64,000 bases of DNA from Octopus sinensis (taxonomy: Eukaryota): contig NC_043012.1 of NCBI RefSeq assembly GCF_006345805.1, positions 44,702,001 through 44,766,000 on the forward strand, written 5' to 3'. Position numbers and translations under genes: made by a program. The notes beneath the pieces are model-generated. The model ran no database searches. It saw only the letters and a program-made list of their open reading frames with translations, and was not told where the DNA came from. Positions 48,836 to 62,920 of the stretch are shown piece by piece; positions within the stretch are counted from its first letter, which is position 1, and each line of letters opens with the position of its first letter.

Positions 48836-50029
48836 CATGTATCTATGCATGTATCTATGTGTGTGTGTGTGTTTGTAGATACATTCATATATAATTACCA
48901 TTGTGATAGAACTTTAGAACGGAAATAACTGCCGATTTATCGAGAATATATCTTTCAGGTATTCTGTAACGTATATAATGTAGATGAGTTTACATCTACT
49001 ACTGTTTAATTAAATACATGGCAGGCTCCAGGAGACTCCTAATTTTATAACCTAATGTGCTACAATTATGTTTGGCGGCTTTAAATTCTTCGTACTCTTG
49101 GTAGATTAAAAATTAGCGTACATAAAGCCAAGCGAGACCATCATCCCGGAATAATAATTTATAAGAAGATTCTTTTTTCTTTTTGCTTAAGAGAACACAG
49201 GGTATTTTGACATGGGATGCATTCCACACAGCTAAAGGCTTTCAAATATATAACTCCCTCTCTCTCTCTCTCTCTCTCTCTGTATACACACAGACACACA
49301 CATAACTGTAAATATATAACTATAGATTTATACACATTACTGATATTCGTATAGAATTCAGTTAAGAAAAGTGTCTATACGATCTGAAACCTGACGAGAA
49401 AGAGAAGCCAACGGATTCGTAGGCATGAACATTCAAGAGGCTCCAAAGCTGGATGGAATAAAAAAAGTCTTTTAGTGAGGCTGAAATAATGTATTGCTGG
49501 GTCATTTCTTCATTCTAATAGATTGCAGTCAGTTATAGTATACCCTAATTAGACTTCAGACAAAATCAAAAGAGTGTACCTAAACTATAAATTTACGAAT
49601 ATGTCGTGCTCAATCAGTTGCTGTTGAGTAACAAATTTATAAGTATTAGCGTCAAACCCATTATTGTTAAATACTTATATTTTTTATGGTTTTACAATAA
49701 ATTTATTATTGCTGAACAAATTTACAAAACTGATTTTATTATTTTGAAGCAATAAATTTATCATTTTTAGATATAAATTTTCCATTTATATCATTCTCAG
49801 ATAACAAGTACATTACAGTGTGAAATAAAATCTATATTATTTTATTTAAGTCTATTAAGTTAATACTTTTATATGTAATTGATATTTTTTTTTAAAGTAA
49901 GGTTCTCAAATAATTTCATTTGTCTTAAGTTATATGATGCAAATAGTGAGTACAATAAATAAACTAACAGTTTCGTATGAAGCTTCGAAGGAATGTGTTC
50001 AATAAGAATTTCTTATCGGTTTAATCAGT

Positions 50030-50960
50030 CCCGTTTCAGCTAGCAACAGTATCATTATTCCTTAAAGGTATTCAAGGGTGCTTGCCGAGGTAAATCGTGT
50101 GCTTTTGAATCATTTAAATTTAGTGGCGAATTCAACTGTTTTCATATGGTTCTCTGCACATATTTCATAGACAGGATTATAATTCTCGTATAGAGCTATA
50201 AATCTCAAATTCCGTTTTTTTTGTAAGGCTATTTTTATAATTTAAGAACTTCTAGATATTGTCTCCACCGAATACTTGGTTCAATATAATCAACAATTAT
50301 TTTACGGATTATTTCGGGGTTGGTACATAAAATACGAACCAGGGACGTAGGATGGGCATTGTTTTCTGTTGTTTTGAATTTTGAAAATTTTACTTAAATC
50401 CTACTCTGGTCATTGAATCGGTGAAGTAACCATATGAAAGCTCGAAGTTCCATAACGCTATCCTCAAATTTTTGCTGCAGGTTGGCATCAATGAGAGCAT
50501 TTCACTGACTTTTTATTTGCGTCTAATTTCTTTTCTTATCAACATTGATTATCATGTCATGTTACTTTCATGTTAACCAAAATATAACAAATAATATGGT
50601 TTGTCACGCAGCCAATCCCGTTTGTCGAGTTGTAAATCTTGTTCGAGCCTGCGTTTCTCGATTTTGAGCGGAATGGTGTTCTTGCAGTTTCTACCATATC
50701 TTTGTACATTTGTGCTTATGGATGATTTAATACTTTCTTTTCCTCTTGACTGCTCACCGAATTGGCTTGTGATAGGGATTGTTGTAATGCCATCTGCTAT
50801 AGTCTTCCAATTCTGTGAAAATGCTGTGGAGTCGCTCCTCAGTTGACACTGTCACGTGACATGTTTGTATTGTATTTGTTCTTCCCTTAGTTTCCTGAGA
50901 GATATATAAAATGTTTTCTGATGGGACTGAATAAAGAGATTACAAGTAAGGAAGGAAGCG

Positions 50961-51037
<77 letters not shown>

Positions 51038-51052
51038 TAGAGAGATAGAGAG

Positions 51053-51128
<76 letters not shown>

Positions 51129-52760
51129 GTTAAATATTAAATAGTATAGAATCGTGTGAGAGAGTGCGAAATCGCAGCGAAACACGTGTTGGTTGGTGGG
51201 TAACGGAAAAAACGGGGATAGATAACCGACGAGAATGGAGGCACTTTTAACCTCCCCCTACAAAAGAGGAAGGAAGCGGGCGAAGATCAGGGAAGAAACC
51301 ATAGCTAGGAAATAACACGGGTTTGAAAAGAACTTAAAAGTCATAGAAGGGTAGAGATTGAGAGATAGGAAGTAAAAAAAAGAAGACGATTGGCAGACGT
51401 GTTGAAGAGGGAGAAATTGATCGGGGTAATGAAGAAGCATTAATTATGGTTTGTGGTGAGAGGAAGTTTTTACAATGAATACGAAATACTTTATTCTGCA
51501 TTTGCAGATCTGGGAGAACCTTTGTGTAAGGTTACTATGCAAGTCAAAAGGTGGACCTCGATCTAATCTGGTGAATGCTTAGCTTTGGGTCCGGAGAGTG
51601 CATGAAAGGTATTTCAGATGTCGAGATGGTGCTCGCAAAAGTGATCGTCTTGATATCACCGATCAGTTTCACTCACATTTTGAGATTTGCAGGGTTTACA
51701 GATGAAGTAGTAAATAAGGCTGGGAGAGATAAAATTAAAATGGTCAGTTGGGATCAGGTTACGAGTGCACTGTCGTAAAAAGAGGGACAAATATAGCAAA
51801 TATTTGAAGGAACTGCAATGTATGATACAGAGATTGCTTCTGAATAAGAGGTCAGACAAAATTTTTTTGTTCTTTGAAAGAAGGTCAGAAGAAAAAGGAC
51901 TCAGTTGAGTGTGACGTTGATTGTGGATTAATGTCAACAGCGTACGAAAAAAAAATGATGCGTTTTCTTCGGATATGGAAAGGGAGTTCGAATCCTTGTT
52001 GCATAGCAGGAGTCAAAAAAAAATTACAAGAAAGAGTTGGCAGTTTTGGTGTGACTAGGCGGGAGGAGGAAATTGTGAACTCGGAGTATAAATTTGTTGG
52101 TTGATAATGTACAAAAGGCGATATATGGAAACTACCATCAACGACACTAATGTTGGTGGTACTGGTACTTATAAAACAATGCTGTGCTCAAGTCGCATGA
52201 TTTCGATTACGATGTCGTCACCTTAGAACTGTTGGTCGGTTAGTATTTGCATACGTGACTTAGGATGTAGTTTATTGATAAAGCGGTATTTTATAAACAT
52301 GGCTTGAATGCACCAACATTTCTACATCTAGAAGCACATACCAGTTTTTAAGTGATTATTGTGAGGAATGAAGTCTGGCCTCAATATGCAGTAGTTAGTG
52401 TCGAGAGGAAACCACATTTCTTTTACGATTCTTGCAGAGATTCCTATGCAGAGATTTTATGTACCATCCCCAAGATAACCCGTAGAATAATTGTTGGTTA
52501 CTTTGAACCAAGTATTCTGTGGAGACAATGTTTAGAAATTCTTAAATTATAATCATAGCCCTACAAAAAAGACTATAGTTCTGTACGAGAATTATAATCC
52601 AGTCTATGAACCATAGTTCTGCTATTTAGAGAACCAGATGAAATCAGTTAAATTCACCACTAAATTTTAATGATTCAATGGCATACGATTTACCATAGCG
52701 AGACTCCTTACGTAAGTTATATCAAGTGAACACAATTTTAAAGTTAGGGTTGCTGTAAAC
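50030..52760. repeat. Long inverted repeat pair (about 50030-50335 and 52450-52760); possible TIR element
   Basis: GGTAAATCGTGTGCTTTTGAATCATTTAAATTTAGTGG..GGATTATAATTCTCGTA..TTGTCTCCACCGAATACTTGGTTCAA..GGTACATAAAAT matches the reverse complement of 52455-52700. Confidence 0.85.
50955..51125. repeat. (GA)n/(GATA)n microsatellite
   Basis: Seen directly in the sequence. Confidence 0.95.
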
Positions 52761-53329
52761 GGTACCTTGCCATTGTAGAGATTCTTTGGTGTCTATTTGG
52801 ACACATTTTTAGACGTAAGTGTAGAACCCTTGTTAGCAGTACCAAGAGTTGTTACTTTAATGTAGCAGCAAACATATCAGTGGTCACTCGTGTACCTGTA
52901 TGTTAGCGTCTCAATACATCAATAAATCATTATTGCCGGAAGTGCAGTAAAAACAATACAAACTGATTTTATAAAATTCGAAGAATACAACGACTTGCAA
53001 AATCCATAAACTATAACCTTTGATGAGGCAAAAGGGGTGAACAAAAACTCGACAACATTCTAGGCGACGAGTTCATGTTTATTAATGGTTTAGGAGAAAG
53101 GGAGACGCTCTTTTTACCTTTTTCATGCCTCCGAAATGGTGGTTGGAAGGAAGTTAGTTTTTCATCAGTGATATTTGATATGGAGGCAGCCGATTACAGA
53201 TTAAATTTCGTTAAAGGAACCCAAAGATCCTCCTCCTCCTCCTCCTCACCACCACCACCACCACCACCACCACCATCATCAACTTCGTCGCTATCGTTGT
53301 TGTTGTTTAGAGGTGGGTGACTGGTAGAA

Positions 53330-53690
53330 ACGTTAACGTTTTGCAGTATTTGTTCAATATTTAAAAATTTATGTTTAAAACCCTCTGACGTCAACTTTGC
53401 CTTTCTTCCTTTCGGCATCGATAAAAATAAAGTACCAGTAAAGTGCTGGGGGATCGATAATTTCGGCTAATTCAGTCCCTCTTATTTCAGGCCCTGTGCC
53501 CCATGTTAGAAGCAATTATTAAGTGGGGTGGTGGATTTGCAGAATCTTGGTGTCATGATACCATATTGTCTTTCTTATGGTTCTTTGCTCTGGTTTCAAA
53601 TTTCACCGAGACCAGCTGTCCCGATCATCCTTTCGGGGTCCAATATAATAAAGTGCCAGTCAATGACCGAGGTCGATGATCTGCCTAAAT
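53330..53690 (+). mobile_element. Two diverged tandem SINE family A copies
   Basis: Both have RACTTTGCCTTTC/CATCCTTTCGGGGTC..AAAGTRCCAGT cores. Confidence 0.75.
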
Positions 53691-53702
53691 AGGAAACCAT
53701 TT

Positions 53703-53741
<39 letters not shown>

Positions 53742-54475
53742 ACTACTACTACTACTACTGACTACTACTGACTGTAGTAGTAGATTTTAATTGAAATTGG
53801 TAGACCAATTGTCTTTCATAGTAATGATCATGATGAGAATGAGGATGAGGAAGATGTTGATTATTATGCGATGTTTTGTTACATATTCTAAAAAAAAAAA
53901 TATCAGAGTTGTTACATCAGCCGCTGGTTTAAACATTGGTTGTTTCACAGATATGATATCTCTCTCACGAAAAAAAGCAAAAAACAAATATAAAAAACAA
54001 AACAAAACAAAAACAAAACAAAACGAAAAGAAAAAAACAAACAAAAGTTTCTTTTATGTTGGTAACACACCCGCAGAAATCTAGGACATCAAAGTAATTG
54101 GAACACAAGGCTCCATAGAGTTAAAATATCATACATAACATCAACAACAAAAACAATTCCACTTCTAAATTGCTAACGCTATGCTAGTTTTTTTTTGATT
54201 TCTGCTTTTAATTGAGATCTGTAATGGTTGCTTTAAGTGGGGAAGAGATTGCTCGTATCTTGCTGTTGCATCGGACTCCCTTAATTAGATAACTACCGTA
54301 TTTATATAACCCCATCGACTAATAAGAACTTGTAACGAAAAAGACATGCCAAAATAATTACCTAATTACAGAACTATTTGGAAAGGAAAAAAAAAAAGAA
54401 GACCCAAACTAATATCTAAGTAGCTATTTATATATCTTTGTATTCCTCAAGCACACACATTCCTGCACACATATA

Positions 54476-54518
<43 letters not shown>

Positions 54519-54994
54519 GTTGATGCATGTATATGTATATATATGTAAATTTATATATATATGAATTCTTATATGTATGTATGCATTTCTTTTTCTCTCT
54601 CTATATTTATACTCATGTGTATATGCGCACACAGAGACACGGCACACACACTTTCTATCTCGTTCTCTCCACTGCTCTCCCTATATGAACGTCTGAATAT
54701 ATACATATATATGCATATGTCTGTGTGAGTGTATATATATATAAGATAACAACATCTAGTTAAAATAAACAACAAATTTAATAAATAGGTCAATCACAGA
54801 CTACTGTAGTCGATAAATGGACAAAAAGTAAAAAAAGCAAAAAACAGCTTAATTCAAAACTCTGTTTTGAAATTTTCATGTCAACGAAGATTCATGTTTT
54901 GAAAAAATTTCTTCAAAAGTGAAATATATCTTGCATGTCCACTTTTGTGAACAGCCCGACTCGGGGTGGCACTGTGAATAAATTGTCAGCTTTG

Positions 54995-55180
54995 AAGGCG
55001 GCAAGCTAGATGAATCGTTAGCACGCCTGGTGTCCGTCTTTACATTCTGAGTTCAGATGCCATCGAGCTCGACTTTATCGTCCCAGGATCGATAAAATAA
55101 GTACCAGTTGTTCACTAGGCTCGATGTAATCGCCTTGGCCCCTACCCCGAAATTGCTAACCTTGTGCCAAAATTTGAAAC
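54995..55180 (+). mobile_element. SINE family A (tail 3)
   Basis: AAGGCGGCAAGCT..GAGTTCAGATGCC..GATCGATAAAATAAGTACCAG..CCTTGTGCCAAAATTTGAAACC. Confidence 0.85.
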
Positions 55181-57210
55181 CAATAAAACACATCCATACC
55201 CCCACACCCACACCCACACGCACACACACGCACACACACACACACACATGCACGCACACACACACGTACACACACACACACACGCTCATACATTACAGCA
55301 ATGGTCAGTAGGTTTTCAAGTTTTCTGAATTTAAAACGTGAATATCTCACATTTTGATGTTTTTCAAATTTACCGATTCCTTTTTTATTGTTCTCTCAAA
55401 GCTACAAAATATCCAGGATTCCTAAGTTTTGCGTTACCCTTCACTCACCACGCCTCACTTTTAAACTTCATACTATAAGTATTTTCTGTATTACATTGGC
55501 TGTTATTACTATCTGATACTGTCACGTTCCCTTCATCAGTTAATGTGAAATGGATTGCATGTACCCATTGCTGTTGCCATGTCTTATGTGCCACAATCAC
55601 CAATTATTTGTTGAGGATAGTTTTCCTGTTTTGATCAAAACAGCTTCCATTTTCTCTCCTCGCTGCGTATCTAGTCTTACGGTGCATTTTAGTATTAATT
55701 TTCATATTGGACTTTGATATGTTTTGGGAAAACACATCATGTTTATAATACATTATTCTGGATATGAGCCGTCCACTTTAGCTGTTATTCCTACAGTTTT
55801 TATTTACGAATATAAGTTGTCTTGATATCTCTAATGTTACCCCTCTTCTCGGCATTGTTGAATTAAACTGGGTAGAACCCATTGCTGTCCCACCTTCAAT
55901 CTGTATCAGCTTCACTATTATCAACGGCTTAACCTTACTAAAAAACTCCCCCTTTTGCTTGCTTTTCTTTCTGTTTTTGATTCTTTCTTTTTGTCCTTCA
56001 TTCTTTTCTTCATCATTTAACTCTGAAGAAAAGCAAAATCTGTTACATTTACAAATCTAACGTGTTCATTTGTTGTAATTTGTAGATAAGCCTTGAAGAT
56101 CAACGTTTGAAACACCCATGATCTCTTCCTCACATCCGTACCTAACCCTTACTTTGCTATCACTATCTCTCCTCCTTTAGCATTGTCCGACTCTTGATAA
56201 AGATACCACAACTCGCATCAAACTTTGGAAAACTATTTGCTTTTGCACATTGAATATTATATTTATGTCGGCCAATTAATCAGAACTCAGTCAACGATAA
56301 CTATTGTATTTATCTCTGATCCATCCAAACACACAGGGGTCAAAAAAACTTTTATGTGGTCGCACGAACTTCTAGAAATAGCAGCCTAAATTCCCTCAGA
56401 AACATACATCACTGTCTTAAGCAATGATTTGGATAATATGTTGTTAGATACATTATATCTTGTGAAAATGAAAGAAGGTCACAGTTGATCATAGAGAAGT
56501 TCGATCAGGCCGACCTGGGGCTAACAACAACCCCTGAACCTTTCATCATAGACTCTCATGTGTATGCAAAAACATTTGAAGGAAATCACCATTCTGTTAC
56601 ATGCAAATGGGTACCAGAACAGTCGGAGCTAAGATATTCAATGTCGTGAGCTAAGATATTACAAGTGATTAATCTTACACTTGCAGTGTGAAAACACTAA
56701 CATTATTTATCTAATTAACGAATTTTAGTTAAGAGTAGCGGGGAGACAACCTTCGATATATGCAATTACATGTAAATAAACAATATAGTGCAATGGGGAG
56801 TGAGTCTGGATATTACCTGCCCAGTGACAATTCTGAACATTTTTTCCTATATAAATGACCCATAATCTTTCATTGCTGATCTAAAAATAACTAGAAAGCA
56901 TATAGAAGTGTAATGAATGAACAATGTGATGTACAGGGTTTCTCCCTTGAAATATATCTGAACTAAAATTAGTCATTATGATAAAGAAAGTTTCTCTTCA
57001 TTCTGGGTGTAATTTTATTTAACTAAAATCCCTAGGTTCAAAACATCAAGTATATCATCGCCCAGTTTTCTAATCCTTTTTCATGCAGCAGGTGTCTCTG
57101 TTTATTTTTCTCTACTGTTATTCTTTTAATTTATAACGCCCCTTAGTGTTCATTCACTAAAGTCCTACATGCTTCCCTTGTCATCTAAGATGTGACAGTC
57201 ACGATTAGAA

Positions 57211-57258
57211 TACACTTTGCTGAGGAGGTCTAACTAGACCGAAACATATCTGGGAATG
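57211..57258 (+). ncRNA. Decayed minimal hammerhead
   Basis: CTGAGGA (57220-57226), perfect stem II GGTCTA/TAGACC, GAAAC; stem III CATATCTG is mutated relative to CATATGTA; stem I is weak. Confidence 0.45.
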
Positions 57259-59391
57259 TCATAGTACTCAATTAGTAGTAGAATACTTTTCATGAAAAAT
57301 GCCTCGTTCAGACGAATTATGGCACACTATATATGACTCACACGTGTTTAGGTACCACGAGAAAAAACTCCTGGGTATTTTAATTGCGCAAATAAATTTT
57401 ACCAGTACAGTATTTTAGTTGTATTTTTAATGGTCCGTTGAATTATAAATAAAATGATGCATTTCATTTTCATTTTGTATCCAAAGTGCTCGGCAGGTAA
57501 GTTGTTACAAATTCCTGAGCGGATTCCGACTTCCGTGGCCACCTATCATTGTCGACAGCTATATGAAAGAGAACCTGTCTGGTCAACACTACTTTAAGAG
57601 ACAAACAGTTAAAGAAACTGCATCTCATTAAGGATATACATTCATGTTTCTTTTTCATATGGCATATTCAAGATTCACCCTTTCCTTCTATTTCATAAAC
57701 ATAGACATAGGGCTTAACTCTGACTTATTCAATTAGCGGATGAATCCCTTACTTGAATTTACATGTGATACGTATGAGCTATGTTTGTCTAGTTATGACA
57801 TAAAACAGACATTGAATATTTTAAGCACTCTACATCAATATATTTTCCAGTACAGCACTCTAGAGACCTCACTCATTCCAACTATTTTATTTTAATTTAT
57901 TTAAATTTGGGTTGTGTATGGGTGAAGGATACTTGATGAAGGTGGCTCGAAGAGAGACTAAACTCGGTGTCACATGCTAAGGGAACAACTTAACCCTTCT
58001 GCCAAGCTTGCAACCATATTTAATAATCATCTCAAGGCATGCGTCGCTTTCGTAATTTAAATTTATTATGAATTAACATTCTGAATTAACATTATGGTTA
58101 CTTTGAATTGTAATTAGAGAATATGCCACCAAATGCATTTTGGGAGCATTTTGTGCACAACATAGAATTATATTTAGATTGACTAAAATAAGATTAAGAT
58201 TTTTGTAAAATTTCATTTTATACAGTTACATAATATAATCTATTACCTGAACATCTGAGGTAGTACCTCAAGTATTGCATCTATCAGATTCATTTCTGAT
58301 CACCATCTATTTGCGACTGGCTGTGGAGTACAAGCGCTTAATGTTGTGGAAGTTGGCATTTGAACAAAGAACATTTTAGATTGTAGATGAGATATTTAGT
58401 TAACTGAGATGCGCTATCTCTAAGTTGTGCTTCGAAATAGAAAGCCATTTTTTTTTCGTTTTAGTTTTACAAACGGCAAATATATGTCCAAATTGCTGCC
58501 AAATTACTAAGTTTCTATTAAGAAGCAATCTACGCAAGCAGACTAAAATGATAAACAACAACCACAACATCGTACAGAAATAAGAAGAAAAAGAATAATA
58601 AAATCCAAGCTATTTGGTGGAAAATAAATAAAATGAAATAAAGATTTTTTCTCTCTTAAATTTTTCACTCAAGTAAAAAACAACAATAAATATTACTCAA
58701 CTACTTTGAAACTGTTTTGCATAATTTAAAAGGAATAAGTGTTGATAAAAAAGAGAAAAATAACACGAAATTGAAAAAAACAAAACAAAACAAAAACAAC
58801 TCACCCAAATCATAAGCAAAAAACAACAGCAAAAACAACATAAAATATAATACAAAAATTGAAAATGATTTAAAATAAAATAAATTGAAATGTTTCTTAC
58901 TTATCTATTTTTACTGATAAAAATACAAACAAAATCAATGAGAACAACAAAACCGTTGGTATTATGTACAAATACTTTCAAAACGCCTGCCATCCTTTCC
59001 TCTAGTTAGTTTACCTGTGACTCAGAAAATAATATAATTCAGTACGAATTTGGCTTTCCAACAATAACAACAACAAAAAGTTAGGAAATTTGAAGCAAAA
59101 AATGGAAGAAGATGATGTCGAAAGCAACGACAAAGTAAATACAAGAAAAAACAAAGAAACTCAAAAATAAATATTACCCTTAAAAAAATAAAATTTTTCT
59201 TTAATAATAATATCCCACAAGAATTTTTCTGCTAAAACTTACTGCAAATTGGCCAATTATAAGCCTCGAAAAGACTGCCTGAAATAAACTAAAACGATTT
59301 CTTCAAGACGAAATTTAGGAGAAAAATATTGAAAAACTAAAGAACGATAATATTCCCTCTGAAATAAAAATGAATATATCACACACACACA

Positions 59392-59470
<79 letters not shown>

Positions 59471-59728
59471 AAAGACACACACTCATACATACACACACGC
59501 ATGCACAGACAGACATACAGACAGACACACACACGCGCGCGCGCACACACACACAGGCAGACACACACACACACGCACATACATGCATATATATAATTGA
59601 ATAAACATATCCCTACGCCCACACACGCAATTATAGAAATGCATATATACACAACCTATCTTTGCATACATACATACATACATTTCTATTGGTAAAGAAT
59701 CTTGAAATACACAGACACACACACACAC

Positions 59729-59790
<62 letters not shown>

Positions 59791-60389
59791 TATATATGCA
59801 TATATATGTGCATATATATATAAACACATAAATATATACATACATATATAATATACTCATACACATACGTACACGTATAAACAAATACATACAAACAAAT
59901 GCTTACTGTTATGAAAATTTCTGACGGGTCCACGTAGTGCATAAATTAATAAAAAACTTGTTTTGGTGTTAGTAAAAGAAGAAACTCAGAGGAGAGTTAC
60001 TTAGGCAAAACCTTCAATGAGAGAATATGGCTTTTAGGCCTGAATAAAATATCATCAACACTGATAAATCTAGAATCACGATCTGCCGTTTTGGACCCGG
60101 CACATTGTAGAAATTTGTTTCAGTTAAGAATGTTATATAATTAAATATTTGCCAATAAAATCCCACTGAGAATCCTAGAAATTGTTTCACAGTATATGAA
60201 TTATTAAAGTAGGACTGCGTAAACCCCTTTGCACAAATTTCATTGAATGATATATATTCAGCCTAGTTTAAACGTATTACAAGCATCAGAAGTATTTCTT
60301 AGGTCCTTGTGGTATCAGGGCGCTTTTTTTAGTACTTCCCACTTTTGATTGGATTTCAATTGAACTTTTGTGATATTTTAGAGTCATTT

Positions 60390-60600
60390 AGGGCGCCGAG
60401 CTGGCAAAATCGTTACCGTACCGAGCAAAATACTTAGAGGCATTTCATCCGTCTTTACGTTCTGAGTTCAGATCCTGTTGGGATAGACTTTGCTATTCAT
60501 TCTTTGAAGGTTGATAAAATAAGTACCAGTTGAGATGCAATCGACTTACCCACTCTCCCGTACTTGCTGGCCTTGTGCCAAAATTTGAAACCAATATTTC
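60390..60600 (+). mobile_element. SINE family A (tail 3)
   Basis: GGCGCCGAGCTGGCAAAATCGTTA..GAGTTCAGATCC..GATAAAATAAGTACCAG..GCCAAAATTTGAAACC. Confidence 0.85.
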
Positions 60601-60669
60601 AGTCATGGAATTGGTTAAGTTTGTGTAAATGTTAAACAGGAGTGGCTGTGTGGTAAGTAGCTTGCTTAC

Positions 60670-62720
60670 TTCCGGTTAGCCAGAATGCAACACTAGTTGG
60701 TCTGGAGTGTTACAGTGAGAAGACGTGAGTTTTGGCTCCGTGAATAGAAAAAAGAACAAAAAGAAAAATTGTCAATTACGGCTCGCTATAGCGAGCAAAA
60801 ATATTGTGTTCTCATCACCATAGCGGTGAATTGAGAATTTTTGTTTGAAAATTCTTTGGTGTGGCCTCTTTTCGCCAAATAATTTGTAAATTCTAGTGGG
60901 CGTATCTCGCTAGAAAAAGTGGAATTTTACCGAACTGGGGTACTTCAAGAATAACCCCGACTATTGGACTACCTGTTGGAGTATTATACAAAGGATTCCC
61001 CGTCTGTTCTATTTGTGAGGTTTTTCTTTTATTTTTCCCTTCTTCCATTTTTTCATTCTTTCTAAACTTTGGTTCATTCTTTTCATTATTTTAATTTCAG
61101 TTTCCTTTCCTTCTCTTTTATTTTGTTTTACTTCTATTTTTATTCGGTTTTAATTTTTTGGCGGACTGTTTTTTGAACTACTTTTGAACTGTTTGTTTGG
61201 ACATGGCAGAGAAGGAACTTAAAAAGAAGAAATTAACCCACCTAAGCAGTGGTTAAAAGATATGGAGGAGAGGACGATGGTGGTTAGAACTTATTCTAAA
61301 GTTCTTGATTCCAACACCGTCTTCCCAAAACCAGTTATAGAAAATGAACTGAAAGACTATTTGTCCTCTGTGAAATACATATCCCGTGGTGTCAAACATG
61401 CAACCGTGTGGTTGCTGTTTGATAACCGGGAAAATGCTTGCACATTTGCGAGTCAGCCTTGAGAGGGCAACGAAATTCTGTTTCTCCCGTCGATTTGCGA
61501 GAGGAAAGTAATAAGAGCCTGGGTATGTGGGATGCCCTCAGGCACCGAGGCGGGTTGGATTGAAGATACCATCCGACGGGGACTGGGGGATAGCAGGCCC
61601 AGGCTCTTAAATATAAGGGTATTGCTGGCGGTCGATTGGGAAGGGTCAAAATCGATTTTGACTCTGTGGACCCCATCGGCCGCAACATATCTGTTTTTTT
61701 CAGATTTTTTAGAAATGGCTGGCTGCAGGTATCCGGTGATACTTGAGGGACGTCCCCTCAAATGTCACTCGTGCCTGCAGCTAGGCCACATTAAAAATAA
61801 CTGCTCCACAGGATCATGGTAAGGTCCTGGAACAGTCACTGGATGCCACCTCCCCTACCCGGTAAAAGGAAGAGGTGGATGTGGCTGAAGCCTCCTCAAT
61901 CCAAAAGAATTAAAAAGGAAGAAGGTGGGCAACAATAGCTGCCTGCCGAAGGACCCTAAGGCTTCGGGAGGTGGGGGAGAGACTCCTGACAAAGCGGAAG
62001 AGCTCCACTCTCCCGAAGTCAGGAAGAAAAGGAAAAAAGAAAGAAGAACGGGTCATCGCAGTGGGGGAGATGATGTGCCGTCTGCATGTTCCGAAGTTGT
62101 ACCAGCCACGGTGGAAGAAACGACCCCCACCCTTTAAAATGTTGAATTAATTATCTTTTTCTACAAGGGCGGGCAGGTGGAAAAATAGTAGAAGAATATA
62201 AAGAGACAGAAGATATGCCCTTCACACGGGATCCCGAATGGCCTCCGCAGATAGCTTTGGAGGTAATAAGTTTTCCCTTGTGGGAAAGGCTTAAAGGATT
62301 TGGGGAGGAGTGTCGCATATGGCCGGGTGGCATGGAAATGGCGGGATACAGGCACTCAAGCAGCATTGAAGATAATGATGAATATATCGAAGGATATATC
62401 GATGAGTAGGAGGTGAAAAAGCCTCGTTAGAGGGTTTGAAACCTCATCTTATTGTATTATTTGTAGTGGTTTATAACCTCAATTGTGTGTTTAAAAAAAT
62501 AACATGTTAAGTAAGAGGTTTTAGTGCCTCCTTCTTGTAAGAAGTTTGAAACCTCATATTAATTTTAAAAAAAAAGAAAATATGTTTTCGAGAAAAATCC
62601 AATCGGCGGGTGTTGGGCTTCGTCTCTCATTTATTCATTTTATTTCATTTTCATTCATTAATGTATTTGTCCAGCCCGCAAAGGTCTTTGTACTGTCTAT
62701 ATGACAAATTTTATGAAATA
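60670..62720 (+). mobile_element. 2051-bp ORF1-only L1/Tx1-type element (HAL1-like) with a 15-bp TSD
   Basis: TSD AAGTAGCTT(G/A)CTTAC at 60655-60669 and 62721-62735; 5' end TTCCGGTT; AATAAA at 62717-62722; no EN or RT motifs. Confidence 0.85.
61262..61822 (+). pseudogene. L1/Tx1-type ORF1 (RRM-like region plus CCHC zinc knuckle), one in-frame stop
   Basis: ORFs 61262-61462 and 61532-61822 share a frame across the TGA at 61460; YPVILEGRPLKCHSCLQLGHIKNNC is CX2CX4HX4C. Confidence 0.8.
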
Positions 62721-62861
62721 AAGTAGCTTACTTACCAACCACATGGTTCCGGGTTCCGTCCCACTGCATGGCACCTTGGGCAAGTGTTTTCTACTATATC
62801 CTCGGGCCGACCAAAGCCTTGTGAGTGGATTTGGTAGACGGAAACTGAAAGAAGCCCGTCG

Positions 62862-62920
<59 letters not shown>

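Noticed and set aside
51155-51195. Hammerhead-like GAAACACGTGTT with an upstream hairpin
   Set aside because: The CUGANGA core is absent (GTGAGAGA) and there is no stem I.
57487-57502. Perfect plus-strand donor CAG|GTAAGT with a possible 10-nt micro-exon
   Set aside because: Weak acceptor and no supporting neighbouring exons; expected by chance in 64 kb.
58256-58270. TGAGGTAGTA, the 5' end of let-7
   Set aside because: Only 10 nt match; it is a short local hairpin (TGAGGT/ACCTCA) with no precursor.
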